Below the pieces are notes generated by a model. It was not told the DNA's origin and did no database searches. It saw nothing but the letters and a program-made list of their open reading frames with translations. From the IMG/VR virus record IMGVR_UViG_3300035520_000621: a stretch of DNA of 64,000 nt; one strand, given 5' to 3'. Below, in pieces: positions 36,490-46,497 of this stretch (its first letter is position 1; every line of letters begins with the position of its first letter). Made by a program: the position numbers and the translations under genes. The DNA comes from an uncultured virus (IMG/VR IMGVR_UViG_3300035520_000621). Its lineage: Duplodnaviria > Heunggongvirae > Uroviricota > Caudoviricetes.

Positions 36490-37973
36490 TAGCAGATACT
36501 TTAACGAGACCACCTTTCACAAGGATACGTCCCGATTATTTCACTCAACAGCGCACTGTGCGAGACCCGCGCAAGCCCCTGTATATGCCCGAAAAGATGT
36601 TATACGATGTTGTAACACAATCGGACTTTCTGAGAGAATATTACCCGACAGGGCATAAAATTAACTCAAAAGAGTATTACCCTGATAAGGTGAAGTATGA
36701 CGAGAATACCAAACAGTATTTCAAAGAGAGTGTATTTCGTGCTTGCTTCCCGCTGCAAATGATAATCACAGCGCAGCAGCTCGTCCACCTTTGTGGTAAT
36801 GATATTCGTCATGAGCTTACCAACAGCAAGACTGTTAGTGACGAGGAAAATCAATTATTCTTAGAGTTCCAAAAGGGTTGGCTCGATAAGAATATAGACA
36901 TTAAACTATACGACTTCTTTAAATCCGTCAAGATTACAGGTGATGCCGCAATGGTGCTGTATATGCACGAAGGCAAGGTTTATTCAAAGGTTTTATCTTT
37001 CCTCAACGGCGATACTTTATTCCCGCATTACGACAGTATAACGGGAAAATTAGACGGACTTGCCCGTCATTACTACGACTATGATGAAGACTCGTCAGAG
37101 AAAGTGTCATGGGTTGAAATTTGGGACAATCAATACCTTCGCACATATCGCATGGATATGAAGGGTTTAAAGGGGACATACAATAAAATCAAATCATGGT
37201 TTCACCTTGAAGGCTACACCCTTGTCAGCGAGGAATTACATGGGTTTGGCTCAATTCCTGTAATATATCATCGTGACGAGATTGGTGCTTGTTGGTCTCC
37301 TGTCCAAGATGCAATCGACAAATATGAACTTGCCATTTCACACCTTTGCCAAAACAATATGGCATACGCCTTCCCGATTATGATACTCAAAGGTGAGGAT
37401 ATCGAGATACAAGGCGATATGTATGGTGCTGTCAAAGCTATCACAATGGGGCAAGATGATGATGCAAGTTTCCTCAGTCGCGAGAATGGCACAACAGCAT
37501 TTGAGCTACAAATCAACACCCTACTTAAAATGATTTTCATGGGTGCATTCATTGTGATGCCCCCTGAGGTCAAGTCGGGCGACTTACCCGGTGTTGCCAT
37601 TAAACTCATCTATTCTCCGTCGCTTGAACGCGCGTTGCTCGACGCAAAAGAGTACGACCATGTGATCGATGAACTCAAAGAACTATTCTTGTATGGCTAC
37701 GGTATTGAAACAGGCAAATTCACGCAGATGCAAAACCTCAATATCTTGTCATACATCGTGCCTTATGTCCACCAAAACACAGCGGAACTCATCAATAATC
37801 TCGTTAGTGCGGTCAACGCCAATATTCTCTCAAAGGAGACTGCTTCGGAACAGACAACCTACGATAAGAATAATGAATTTGACCGCATTATGCGAGAGAT
37901 GAAAGAAGAACAATCGGCAGACTTATTGTCACAGATTGCAGCGAAACAAGCCCAGCAAGTAAGCAATGAGTGA
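36486..37973 (+). CDS. Portal protein (SPP1-like)
   Basis: 495 aa overlapping the terL stop; HGFGSIPVI, IDKYE, LPGVAIK, LSKETA motifs. Confidence 0.88.
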   Translation: MIADTLTRPPFTRIRPDYFTQQRTVRDPRKPLYMPEKMLYDVVTQSDFLREYYPTGHKINSKEYYPDKVKYDENTKQYFKESVFRACFPLQMIITAQQLVHLCGNDIRHELTNSKTVSDEENQLFLEFQKGWLDKNIDIKLYDFFKSVKITGDAAMVLYMHEGKVYSKVLSFLNGDTLFPHYDSITGKLDGLARHYYDYDEDSSEKVSWVEIWDNQYLRTYRMDMKGLKGTYNKIKSWFHLEGYTLVSEELHGFGSIPVIYHRDEIGACWSPVQDAIDKYELAISHLCQNNMAYAFPIMILKGEDIEIQGDMYGAVKAITMGQDDDASFLSRENGTTAFELQINTLLKMIFMGAFIVMPPEVKSGDLPGVAIKLIYSPSLERALLDAKEYDHVIDELKELFLYGYGIETGKFTQMQNLNILSYIVPYVHQNTAELINNLVSAVNANILSKETASEQTTYDKNNEFDRIMREMKEEQSADLLSQIAAKQAQQVSNE

Positions 37974-38742
37974 CAGTAAAAAACCGAAACAAGACGCAAT
38001 AGATACAGCCAAGGCTTATGTTTTGGCTCGTCTTGCGTTGCAAAGGAATATTGTCAGTGCCGTCCGTCAGATAGTTGGGCGTTTGGTGGATGGTGCTGTA
38101 CAATATGCCTTTACACACAAACTCACAGCCGTTAAAATTCTCAGACATAAGCACCCTAAGTTTCGCAGTTATCTTATAACAACAATTCACCAATTACTCG
38201 CGCTTATCCGGCAACAAATAGAAGAGTACGTTTACGAAGATTGTACCGAAGATGAGCAAGATGAATTGGAGCAAATTGTATTCGGCGAGGTAGCGGGATT
38301 GACGTTTGATGAGCGTATCAACATATACGCTGACAGATTGGCTCGTGAAATGGAAATTATGATTGCAGCAGAGCTATTCGCAAGAGCCGCACAAGATGAT
38401 GCAACTAAAGATATTAAAGCAACTCTCGACCACCCTTATTTGAACGAGGTAGTCAAAGAAGCTATGCGTGAAGGTTTACCGATAGTTATACCGTCATATG
38501 GGCGTGGCGTGTCAACATCAATGACAACGGCAATATCGACACTTGCATCATATACTGTTGCGCGTGGCGTAATGAGAAAGCTCTATTTAGCAAATGATAA
38601 TGCGTTTGGTTGGTACGTTATGCGCGGCTCTTCTTATCCATGCACTATGTGCGACAATGAAGTTGGTTGGCATCACGACACTTCAGATTTGCCGCCTTAT
38701 CACCCAAATTGTTGTTGTATTGCTATCCCTGTTATAGAATAA
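37966..38742 (+). CDS. Minor head/morphogenesis protein (Mu gpF / SPP1 gp7-like)
   Basis: C-terminal CTMC...PPYHPNCCC. Confidence 0.75.
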   Translation: MSDSKKPKQDAIDTAKAYVLARLALQRNIVSAVRQIVGRLVDGAVQYAFTHKLTAVKILRHKHPKFRSYLITTIHQLLALIRQQIEEYVYEDCTEDEQDELEQIVFGEVAGLTFDERINIYADRLAREMEIMIAAELFARAAQDDATKDIKATLDHPYLNEVVKEAMREGLPIVIPSYGRGVSTSMTTAISTLASYTVARGVMRKLYLANDNAFGWYVMRGSSYPCTMCDNEVGWHHDTSDLPPYHPNCCCIAIPVIE

Positions 38743-38759
38743 ATTTATATCTTTGCAAT

Positions 38760-38872
38760 ATAGGATTATTTATTAAAATTGCACTGTAACGTTGTGAGAC
38801 GTTTTGTTTTTTCATTGGTTTATAAGTTAGTAAGAAACATATCGGTATAGATATCTATATCGGTATGTTTTC
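38760..38872 (+). ncRNA. Candidate small RNA
   Basis: TATCTTTG at 38748-38755, GTGA-loop hairpin at 38788-38803, inverted repeat at 38833-38872; parA has its own TATATTTG downstream. Confidence 0.45.
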
Positions 38873-38992
38873 TATTATTAGTATGCTATTGCGTTAAATA
38901 TTACTAATTACATAGTATGTTTATATTATTAGTATGCGCGATATTACTATTATTACTATATTTGCATACCAAACCAAATAAACTTAAAAACC

Positions 38993-39757
38993 ATGTCAAA
39001 AATTTTTGCAATCGCCAACCAAAAAGGCGGTGTCGGCAAAACGACCACAACGGCATCGCTTGGCACAATCCTTGCTAATCGCGGATACAGAGTATTGCTT
39101 GTTGACCTTGACGCACAAGCCAACCTTACAACTTCATTGTTGCAAATCGAGCCTTCGGTAGAAATTTCAATCTATTCGGCAATGCGAGTTAAACGCGGTC
39201 AGCTCCCCATTGTTCCTGTCCCTTCAACTCCCAACCTGAGCCTTGTAGGTTCATCAATCGAAATGGCTTCAATCGAAATGGAGTTGTCATCACGTATCTC
39301 ACGCGAGTCTGTTTTGAAAGACTTACTCAAACCCCACTTGAAAGACTTCGATATTATCTTGTTGGATTGTTCACCGGCATTGGGCTTGCTCACAATCAAC
39401 GCCTTTGTTGCAGCAGAAGCCGTGTTAATCCCCATGACAGCAGAAACGCTGCCTTTCCGCGGGCTTGAACTAATCTCTCAATCCATAGATATGGTGCGCG
39501 AACACCTCAATGAGAAGTTGCGTATCAGTGGTGTTGTAATCACTCGTTGGAATAGCCGCAACCTCAATAGGGTTGTTGAAAGCACTTTGCGTACATCGGG
39601 AAGATACTACGTATATTCATCACACATACGCGAGAATATCGCTATCGCAGAAGCACCGTCAATGTCGGCATCAATCACTGCGTACGCACCACAAAGCAAC
39701 GGAGCGAAGGATTACCAAAGCCTTGCTGACGAATTTATTGAACACGAGCAATTGTAA
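38993..39757 (+). CDS. parA: ParA/Soj family partition ATPase
   Basis: NQKGGVGKTTT, DLDAQANLT, ILLDCSPAL, IRENIAIAEAP. Confidence 0.95.
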   Translation: MSKIFAIANQKGGVGKTTTTASLGTILANRGYRVLLVDLDAQANLTTSLLQIEPSVEISIYSAMRVKRGQLPIVPVPSTPNLSLVGSSIEMASIEMELSSRISRESVLKDLLKPHLKDFDIILLDCSPALGLLTINAFVAAEAVLIPMTAETLPFRGLELISQSIDMVREHLNEKLRISGVVITRWNSRNLNRVVESTLRTSGRYYVYSSHIRENIAIAEAPSMSASITAYAPQSNGAKDYQSLADEFIEHEQL

Positions 39758-39798
39758 TATTAAGCATACAAGTAATATTTATTATCTAATATATCAAT

Positions 39799-40071
39799 AT
39801 GGCAAGTAAGAAAGATTTACAATCGTCATTCTCTTCGATGTTTCAATCTACATCGCAACAAAAGGAGAATGCAAGCGAGCCAAAATACGTGCGCATCTGC
39901 ACTATTGCCAATCTCGAATTAATGGAGAAGCTACGCGCTATCGCTCGCAAAGAGAATATCCAAATCAAGCACGTAATAGAAGCTGCTATGCAATTAGCAG
40001 TGTCTTCCTATGAAGCTAAAAACGGCAAGGTCAAATTACCTAATAAGGGTAACGCAGAAGGACTTTTTTAA
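39799..40071 (+). CDS. Small ParA partner (ribbon-helix-helix-like)
   Basis: 90 aa directly after parA; RICTIAN.ELMEKLRAIA. Confidence 0.6.
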   Translation: MASKKDLQSSFSSMFQSTSQQKENASEPKYVRICTIANLELMEKLRAIARKENIQIKHVIEAAMQLAVSSYEAKNGKVKLPNKGNAEGLF

Positions 40072-40272
40072 TGCACATTATAACGTACATTAAAACACTC
40101 TATTTTTACTTATAAAAATTCTCTAATATTTAAGGGGTAGAACATTTGAGAAAGTTTCCCAGAGTTCCACCCCTAAATATACAATAATTAACATTATGAA
40201 TTATATAGACTATTGGGCACAATAAAGGTAAAATCACCAAAAATCACTATGGCTTAACGTTTGTTGTTGTTT

Positions 40273-40312
40273 AGTTTGACATAAAATGCAAAAAGTTTGA
40301 CATAAAATGCAA
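40273..40312. repeat. 19-nt perfect direct repeat, 2 copies
   Basis: AGTTTGACATAAAATGCAA at 40273-40291 and 40294-40312. Confidence 0.85.
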
Positions 40313-40643
40313 GGTAAGCAACTATTCAAATATAAGCGAGTGAAAAACAAGCAAAAAAATACGCTCCAGCACTTGCAATGCCATAGCGTTAGAAGCAAAA
40401 TTATCAGGTTGAAATATTAAATATGATAAACCTCAAAACAAAAAACACATATTACTAAGCGATAAAATCATTTCACAATGACGATGCAAATATACATAAA
40501 ATTCACTATATTTACAACATATCCATGTGAGTTTATGAGTTCAGAAAAAAGCATCCTTTCATCACGAGAGGGTGCTTTTTAAAACAAAACCTTAAAAACA
40601 AAATTAAGAGTAACCAAACCTAATCTTAAAAATACCATGATTT

Positions 40644-41030
40644 CTATATATCTTTTTTACCCATGATTTCAAGACGTTTAAGTTCTGTTTCAACTGCTTT
40701 GTCAGACTCTACTTGAGAATATTCGGGTTCTAAGCGTTGTTGACGCTCTGACAACTCTATATGAGCCTTTGCAAAGTCAATCATGAAGTCACTATCATAC
40801 CTATTGTGACAAATAGTGTACATCATGTTGATATGTGCTTCTAAGATGCTGTGGTATTGACTATCATTGAGCATATCAAGTAACTTGACAGCCATAACAT
40901 CATCATCACGAAACCTCAACACCCAAGTTGAAGAAACAGATTGTATGCGCAACCACGAGTGGCTCGACGTTTTGTCGATACACAAAATGTAGTTGCCTAT
41001 ATGATATTGATTTTTAATCTTCTTAGCCAT
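40644..41030 (-). CDS. Hypothetical protein
   Basis: 128-aa ORF coupled to the helicase gene. Confidence 0.7.
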   Translation of the reverse strand: MAKKIKNQYHIGNYILCIDKTSSHSWLRIQSVSSTWVLRFRDDDVMAVKLLDMLNDSQYHSILEAHINMMYTICHNRYDSDFMIDFAKAHIELSERQQRLEPEYSQVESDKAVETELKRLEIMGKKDI

Positions 41031-41031
41031 A

Positions 41032-42702
41032 TTATGTCGTTATTCTTTTTATACCAAGTTTATGCAACTTTGTAGTTATCTCTGAAAGGTGGAAATACTT
41101 CCTACGTCCCTGTGTGTGATACATACCCTCAAACTCGCCGTTTCTAAACAGTTTCTTAACTGTGTTGATTGATATGCCACAGATAGCAGCCAAGCCTTCA
41201 AACCCGACAGCGCATTGTTTCCTGCCGTTTATAACGACTTTGCCAACCTTTTCACGCCATTGTTCTTCAGGGCTGTTATTCACTTTGTTGTAGTGGCTTG
41301 CTGTGTCATCGGGAATGTAGATTGAATACACATTGCCTTTTGATGTTCTTGTACGTTGATAGCCTTCGTCTGTAAGCATACGCCCAAACGTCCTAACATC
41401 TTCAGGTTGACACGTGTGGTCTGTTCCCGGTTCTTGACACCATGCAACATATCTCTTGTATAGTGTATTTGCAGGGACTTCTTTCCTGTAAGTGTTGACA
41501 GATGAGTCAAAAATTGGTGCATATCCCTTTGACCACATAAATTGTGCAGCAGTATTCGCTGATGCATACCATTCATCAACTGACGAGCTTATTTCAGTGC
41601 AGACAGTGAATTTATACTTGTTTTTAATAAGGCGTTGACGACCTTCTATAATCCAATTGAATATCCCTGAGTACTCAGGCACTAAGTGTTGCGCCATTTC
41701 CTTGTCTTGTTGTTCAAGTGGGATACGCTTTTCAAACGGGATGATGATTATGCGGCGTTTTAGTGATGCTGATGGGTCTAAAATACGCGGCATTTTATTG
41801 GCATTCATCATCAACAACGGTATATTGTGTGCTGTAAACGCCTCTTTATAGAGTTGCCTTGCTACAATAGGCTCTCCCGATATGAGTGTTTTAATAGTAT
41901 CAGCATTTGTATTGTCTATTTGAATACAACGCGCCTCTGAGCTGTAATTAAGACGTTTGCCGTTGATAGATGCAATACTATTTAACTTCTCAGTGCCTTT
42001 AACGAGGTTGTCGAGACTAAATGTAGTGACATTGTGCTTTCCCAATACACCTAAGACAGTTTCAAAGACTACACTCTTGCCATTGGCACCTGTACGCCCT
42101 AACAACACTAACATAGACTCTATCTTGACTTTTTCGTCGTTTCTATTGATAAATGCCGCTCCTAAAAACTCTTGCAGCACCATTTGTAGTCTCTTATTAG
42201 GGAGAACAAAGTCTAAGAAATCTTGCCATTGGCGGCAAAACTCGTGAGAGTCATAATCGTAGTCTACGTATGTTGTCTGTATAAACTCAGGGCTAAAACT
42301 ATGCAGTTGATTATCGTTGAATGAATAAACACCATTACGCATAACGACAATATTGTTGTCTATAATCAGTTCTTTGCCTGCAACTGTCGCGCAAAGGTAG
42401 TTCTTAATAGTACCATATTTACCATTATCCTTTGCAGGCAGACCTGCATATTGCATCATGTCTTGTACAAACGCAGTAAACTCTGTCCAAGGCATTTTCT
42501 CATAGACCTTGCCTGTAAAATAGTATGGATCATTATTAAATACACCAATAGGGCTAAGTTTTAGCGCGTCCATGGCAATCTCTTGAAAACTGCCTGTACG
42601 TTCACTCGACTTCTTTTGCGACATTGCTTGTGCAAGCTTGTCTCTGTCAATATTCGCAAATACGAAGTCTAACAATTGCTGATGTTTGTAAGCTGTTGCC
42701 AT
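41032..42702 (-). CDS. D5/P4-family SF3 helicase (no evident primase domain), C-terminal HTH
   Basis: GRTGANGKS, GKRLNYSSE, KTLISGEPI.AR, NANKMP, RRIIIIPF. Confidence 0.88.
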   Translation of the reverse strand: MATAYKHQQLLDFVFANIDRDKLAQAMSQKKSSERTGSFQEIAMDALKLSPIGVFNNDPYYFTGKVYEKMPWTEFTAFVQDMMQYAGLPAKDNGKYGTIKNYLCATVAGKELIIDNNIVVMRNGVYSFNDNQLHSFSPEFIQTTYVDYDYDSHEFCRQWQDFLDFVLPNKRLQMVLQEFLGAAFINRNDEKVKIESMLVLLGRTGANGKSVVFETVLGVLGKHNVTTFSLDNLVKGTEKLNSIASINGKRLNYSSEARCIQIDNTNADTIKTLISGEPIVARQLYKEAFTAHNIPLLMMNANKMPRILDPSASLKRRIIIIPFEKRIPLEQQDKEMAQHLVPEYSGIFNWIIEGRQRLIKNKYKFTVCTEISSSVDEWYASANTAAQFMWSKGYAPIFDSSVNTYRKEVPANTLYKRYVAWCQEPGTDHTCQPEDVRTFGRMLTDEGYQRTRTSKGNVYSIYIPDDTASHYNKVNNSPEEQWREKVGKVVINGRKQCAVGFEGLAAICGISINTVKKLFRNGEFEGMYHTQGRRKYFHLSEITTKLHKLGIKRITT

Positions 42703-42929
42703 AGGATGTGCCTTTTAGATGTTGCAAATATAGTCAAAAATACCAATAATTTCGCAGTTTTTACCTAAAAAATTAAAGTTATATACACAACAAAGAATAA
42801 TTAAGAAAATAACAAAGTATTGATAATAAACGTATTAGCGGTTTTGGTTTCTTCGTTTGTAGTCGTTTTTACGTGCAAATTTTCAAGATAAAATGTTGAT
42901 AATCAAGCGTGTATAAAAAAATGGAAAGT

Positions 42930-43170
42930 ATCCATGTATATAAAATGTATATAAATCGCTTTGTAACTCATTGATTATCAAGCAAAATGTATATAATGTA
43001 TATAATGTATGATAAAAAACTTTTATATATAATTTACTATATTTTTCTTTTTTACGACAATATATCATACATTATATACACTACTAACGTAATATATTGA
43101 TATACATATAATTATACGTTAATTTATATACATTAATATATACATAATAGGTACATTTTTATATACATAG
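42930..43170. repeat. AT-rich region with ATGTATATAA repeats, candidate replication origin
   Basis: Direct copies at 42934, 42945, 42987, 42996; inverted copies at 43124 and 43159. Confidence 0.55.
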
Positions 43171-43467
43171 TGGAATTTTAGGGGTGTGCAAAAAAGTTGC
43201 CCAGCTAACAAAGTACTGCGAGAAGGGTGTCTGACGCGGTTTTGGAGTAAAAAAAATAAAAAAATAAAAAATTTTGAGGGATGCTGACTGTGTTGTATAA
43301 CGGCGTATGTGGGGGGGGGGTGGGGTAGGCTACGCTTACTGGCTAACGTTAGGCGATATCTATCTCCCTGTCCCCGTCACATTCGCGTGGGGGCGGAATT
43401 TTTTTTAACATTTGGGTTAATTTTGGTTTTATATTTAATGTTATACATAGTAATATAAAGTCATTTT

Positions 43468-43965
43468 TCATTGCTTCAATTGTTCTTTGCCGAATGCAGA
43501 TTTATACTTACAATTCGCGCATGACTGCGGCAAATAGATGTGGACTCGTTCCTCCTCCTCCTTGTTTTCTTCTTGTTTCATTCTCATTAGGTCGGCAATT
43601 AGTTTGACGGTTTCCAATTGCTCTTTGCCAATAGTCGACTTTACGCGGCGTTGGAGGAACTCGATAACGCCATCCTTGGTTGTGATGTCCATCCCCTCCA
43701 TCTCTCCGTTTAAATCTTCCTTTACCTGTTTCAGGGCTTCACCTTTCAAAGCATTAATCAACCTATTAATATTCGGCTTCTCCTTCGCCTTGCTCGTGGC
43801 GAGTGTTGCAAGTGCTGTCTCACTTGTTCGCCCTGCCGGGTGGTAAGCATAAAAAGCGGACTCAGCCCGCCCCGCTCCACCTGCTACGAGGATAGCAAAA
43901 AATACATCATCAGGATGCAGAGCATATAACGTTATTAACTCATCAACTTTTTTTGTGTATTTCAT
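43468..43965 (-). CDS. Possible terminase small subunit
   Basis: Helical; N-terminal HTH-like part and TKDGVIEFL...LETVKLIADL segment reminiscent of TerS; no other TerS candidate near terL. Confidence 0.4.
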   Translation of the reverse strand: MKYTKKVDELITLYALHPDDVFFAILVAGGAGRAESAFYAYHPAGRTSETALATLATSKAKEKPNINRLINALKGEALKQVKEDLNGEMEGMDITTKDGVIEFLQRRVKSTIGKEQLETVKLIADLMRMKQEENKEEEERVHIYLPQSCANCKYKSAFGKEQLKQ

Positions 43966-44397
43966 TTTGATGCCGATTTATTTATTCGTTTCGTTATTGG
44001 CAAAGATATGAAATAAATCGCTACTTGCCAAACTGCCGGCGGTGTTATCTCCTTTGCTCGTCAGTGGCGGCGAGTGCTGCCATGAGTGGCGGCGTTATGT
44101 TGATGGTTTGCGATGATCGCAGTTCTTGCCGGTTTTCTTGTTTGATCCGCTGCCGGTCGTGGTTATCTCGATGCCGTTTGTAATACATAATCATACCTGT
44201 TGCGCTGTCATACACTGTTATCTTTGTGCGTGGGTTAATCTCCTGAATATTAGTTGGTTAAATAGTGTTAATTGGCAGAAAATAGTTGTATTTTTACTTG
44301 CTTTTTTTTGTGGGGTCAAAAGATTTTCGTACCTTTGTAATACAGAAATCAACCGTTAAACGGTTGGTAGTTTACTAACTTATAAAGCAAATCAATT

Positions 44398-44628
44398 ATG
44401 AAACGTTTATTTAATTCAATCCACAGCGACGATATTATTTCTCTTCTCGTCTGCCTGTTCGGTGGTTTCGTACTCGTCGCCGTCTCATCCACTTACTTCT
44501 CGTTGGCTACGAACTCAGCACAACTCTTCACTGCGTGGCTATCAGCTTTAACCGGCTGTTTCGTTGCTGCCCTCGGTCTGATTATCGCAATCGTTAACAC
44601 TGTTGACCATTATAAAGATAACAAATAA
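44398..44628 (+). CDS. Small two-TM membrane protein
   Basis: Two hydrophobic helices; first ORF after the TACCTTTG promoter element near 44330. Confidence 0.6.
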   Translation: MKRLFNSIHSDDIISLLVCLFGGFVLVAVSSTYFSLATNSAQLFTAWLSALTGCFVAALGLIIAIVNTVDHYKDNK

Positions 44629-44639
44629 ATACAACCATC

Positions 44640-44885
44640 ATGGAACACACTGAATTATATAATAGGTTGATTAAATGGTTAGACGAGGAATTCGCCACCG
44701 TTGAGGACGTAAAGGAATGGTTTAAAATCTCCGATGCCTACCATGTTGTAACAGACAATAGCGTAAGGGTTGCTTATCTCGTGAAAATTGGCGGCGGCAC
44801 ATTTAAACAAGTGGCAGCATTTAACGCTGAAATCGTCGATTTATCCGACATCGTTACGGTATTCATCGACTTATCAAGTAAATAA
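44640..44885 (+). CDS. Hypothetical protein
   Basis: 81-aa ORF with A-rich leader. Confidence 0.65.
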   Translation: MEHTELYNRLIKWLDEEFATVEDVKEWFKISDAYHVVTDNSVRVAYLVKIGGGTFKQVAAFNAEIVDLSDIVTVFIDLSSK

Positions 44886-44966
44886 AAAACGCGCTGCCGG
44901 TGTACCCTCTCAGGCTCGCCGGCAGCAAAAAGTCAAATAAACAAATAGTTTATTAGCTTATAAAGC
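44884..44966 (-). ncRNA. Candidate antisense sRNA to early-gene 5' UTRs
   Basis: Minus-strand TATCTTTG (44972-44979) with TTG 20 nt upstream; GCTGCCGG/CCGGCAGC stem plus T6. Confidence 0.6.
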
Positions 44967-45010
44967 GACGGCAAAGATAATAAATAAAAGTCAAATAAAC
45001 AATATAAGCA

Positions 45011-45958
45011 ATGAAAAACGAAACAAATTTAAAAAGCGACGTTTACACAAAGGTAGCTAATCGCCTGCTCGAAATCATGGATAAAGGGCTAATTCCATGG
45101 CGCAAACCGTGGCGCGGTGTCCATGGTGAGATATTCGCCGGTTGCATCTCCTACTCCACCGGTAAACCTTACTCGCTCCTTAATCATGTGTTATGTGAGT
45201 TTCGCGACGGCGACTATATCACATTCGCGCAAGCGAAGAAGCTCGGCGGTAACGTCAAGCGCGGCGCAAAAGGTTACCCCGTTGTATTTTGGTCGTTCGT
45301 CGAAAAGGATGCAACAGACCAAGACGGAAACAAGCGATATAACGAGCGCGGCGAGGTCGTCAAAGCGTCTTACCCTGTTTTAAAGTGGTATCATGTCTTT
45401 AACGTTGAGGACTGCGAGAATATACCGGCAAGAAAGAAATCAGGCGTTAACGCCGGCGATGATACGCCCGCCGTGGAACTTGACCCAATCGAAGCAGCCG
45501 ACAAAGTGGTATTTGATTACGTGGCAAGAGAAAGTATCGCGTTACATATAACCAAATCTAACGATGCATATTATAGACCCTCGGATGATAGTGTAACAGT
45601 ACCGGAGCTCTCACAATATAACGAGGTTAGTGAATATTACGCCACCCTCTTTCACGAGCTGACGCACTCAACCGGTATTAAAACCCGTTGCAATCGCGAA
45701 GATATGCAAAAGATTAAATCATTCGGCGATGCAAGTTATTCGCGCGAGGAACTTACCGCAGAAATGGGAGCGGCGTTTATACTCGGTTATCTCGGCATCC
45801 AACAAGATAATACAATGACAAATAGCGCGGCATATCTCCAAAGCTGGAAATCAGCAATCAAAAACGACCCCAAGTGTGTTGTCCTCGCTGCCGGTCGTGC
45901 TGAAAAAGCGGTTAACTATATCCTTAACGGCAAACCTCAAGACGATGAAACGATTTAG
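45011..45958 (+). CDS. ardC: ArdC-like antirestriction protein (ssDNA-binding plus zincin-like domain)
   Basis: IPWRKPW, GKPYS..N, TFAQAK..GG.V..GAKG, VFNVE, HELTHSTG, Y..EEL.AE. Confidence 0.92.
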   Translation: MKNETNLKSDVYTKVANRLLEIMDKGLIPWRKPWRGVHGEIFAGCISYSTGKPYSLLNHVLCEFRDGDYITFAQAKKLGGNVKRGAKGYPVVFWSFVEKDATDQDGNKRYNERGEVVKASYPVLKWYHVFNVEDCENIPARKKSGVNAGDDTPAVELDPIEAADKVVFDYVARESIALHITKSNDAYYRPSDDSVTVPELSQYNEVSEYYATLFHELTHSTGIKTRCNREDMQKIKSFGDASYSREELTAEMGAAFILGYLGIQQDNTMTNSAAYLQSWKSAIKNDPKCVVLAAGRAEKAVNYILNGKPQDDETI

Positions 45959-46153
45959 TCTAACAACTCATGTTATTATCCCGGTAATAATCACCGGGAT
46001 AATAGCCACAGCGGCGGCGGCTGTCTATTACGGCTTATACTCATACGCCTGCAAGCTCGTTATTATCGCTGCTCCGTGCGTGTTGCTCAATCATTTGCAA
46101 ATAAAACTAAACAATAAACAAACAAATAAATAGCTTATAAAGCATCCTTAACC

Positions 46154-46411
46154 ATGACAAAAGAAGACTTTATTAAAAAATGTATGGACTGCATCCCTAC
46201 CGAAAAATGGGTGCAATTTCGTATCGAGAGTGTGTTATATAACAGCCACATCAATCTTGATAACGTCCCCAATGATTACCGCGCGGTATATCCTTTGATG
46301 GCTGCCATTTTTGAGTGTGTGGCATCTGATATGATTAACGGCGGTAGTGACAAACAAACCAACGATAAAGCAAACAGACTCAAAAACAGACTCAAAAAGG
46401 TGATTTGGTAA
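46154..46411 (+). CDS. Hypothetical protein
   Basis: 85-aa ORF with A-rich leader. Confidence 0.65.
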   Translation: MTKEDFIKKCMDCIPTEKWVQFRIESVLYNSHINLDNVPNDYRAVYPLMAAIFECVASDMINGGSDKQTNDKANRLKNRLKKVIW

Positions 46412-46497
46412 CACCTGATAATAGCTCCGGGGTGTCCTCAGGGCATCCCGGAAAGAGATAAAAAAGCAAATAAACAACAACAAATAAACATAATACT

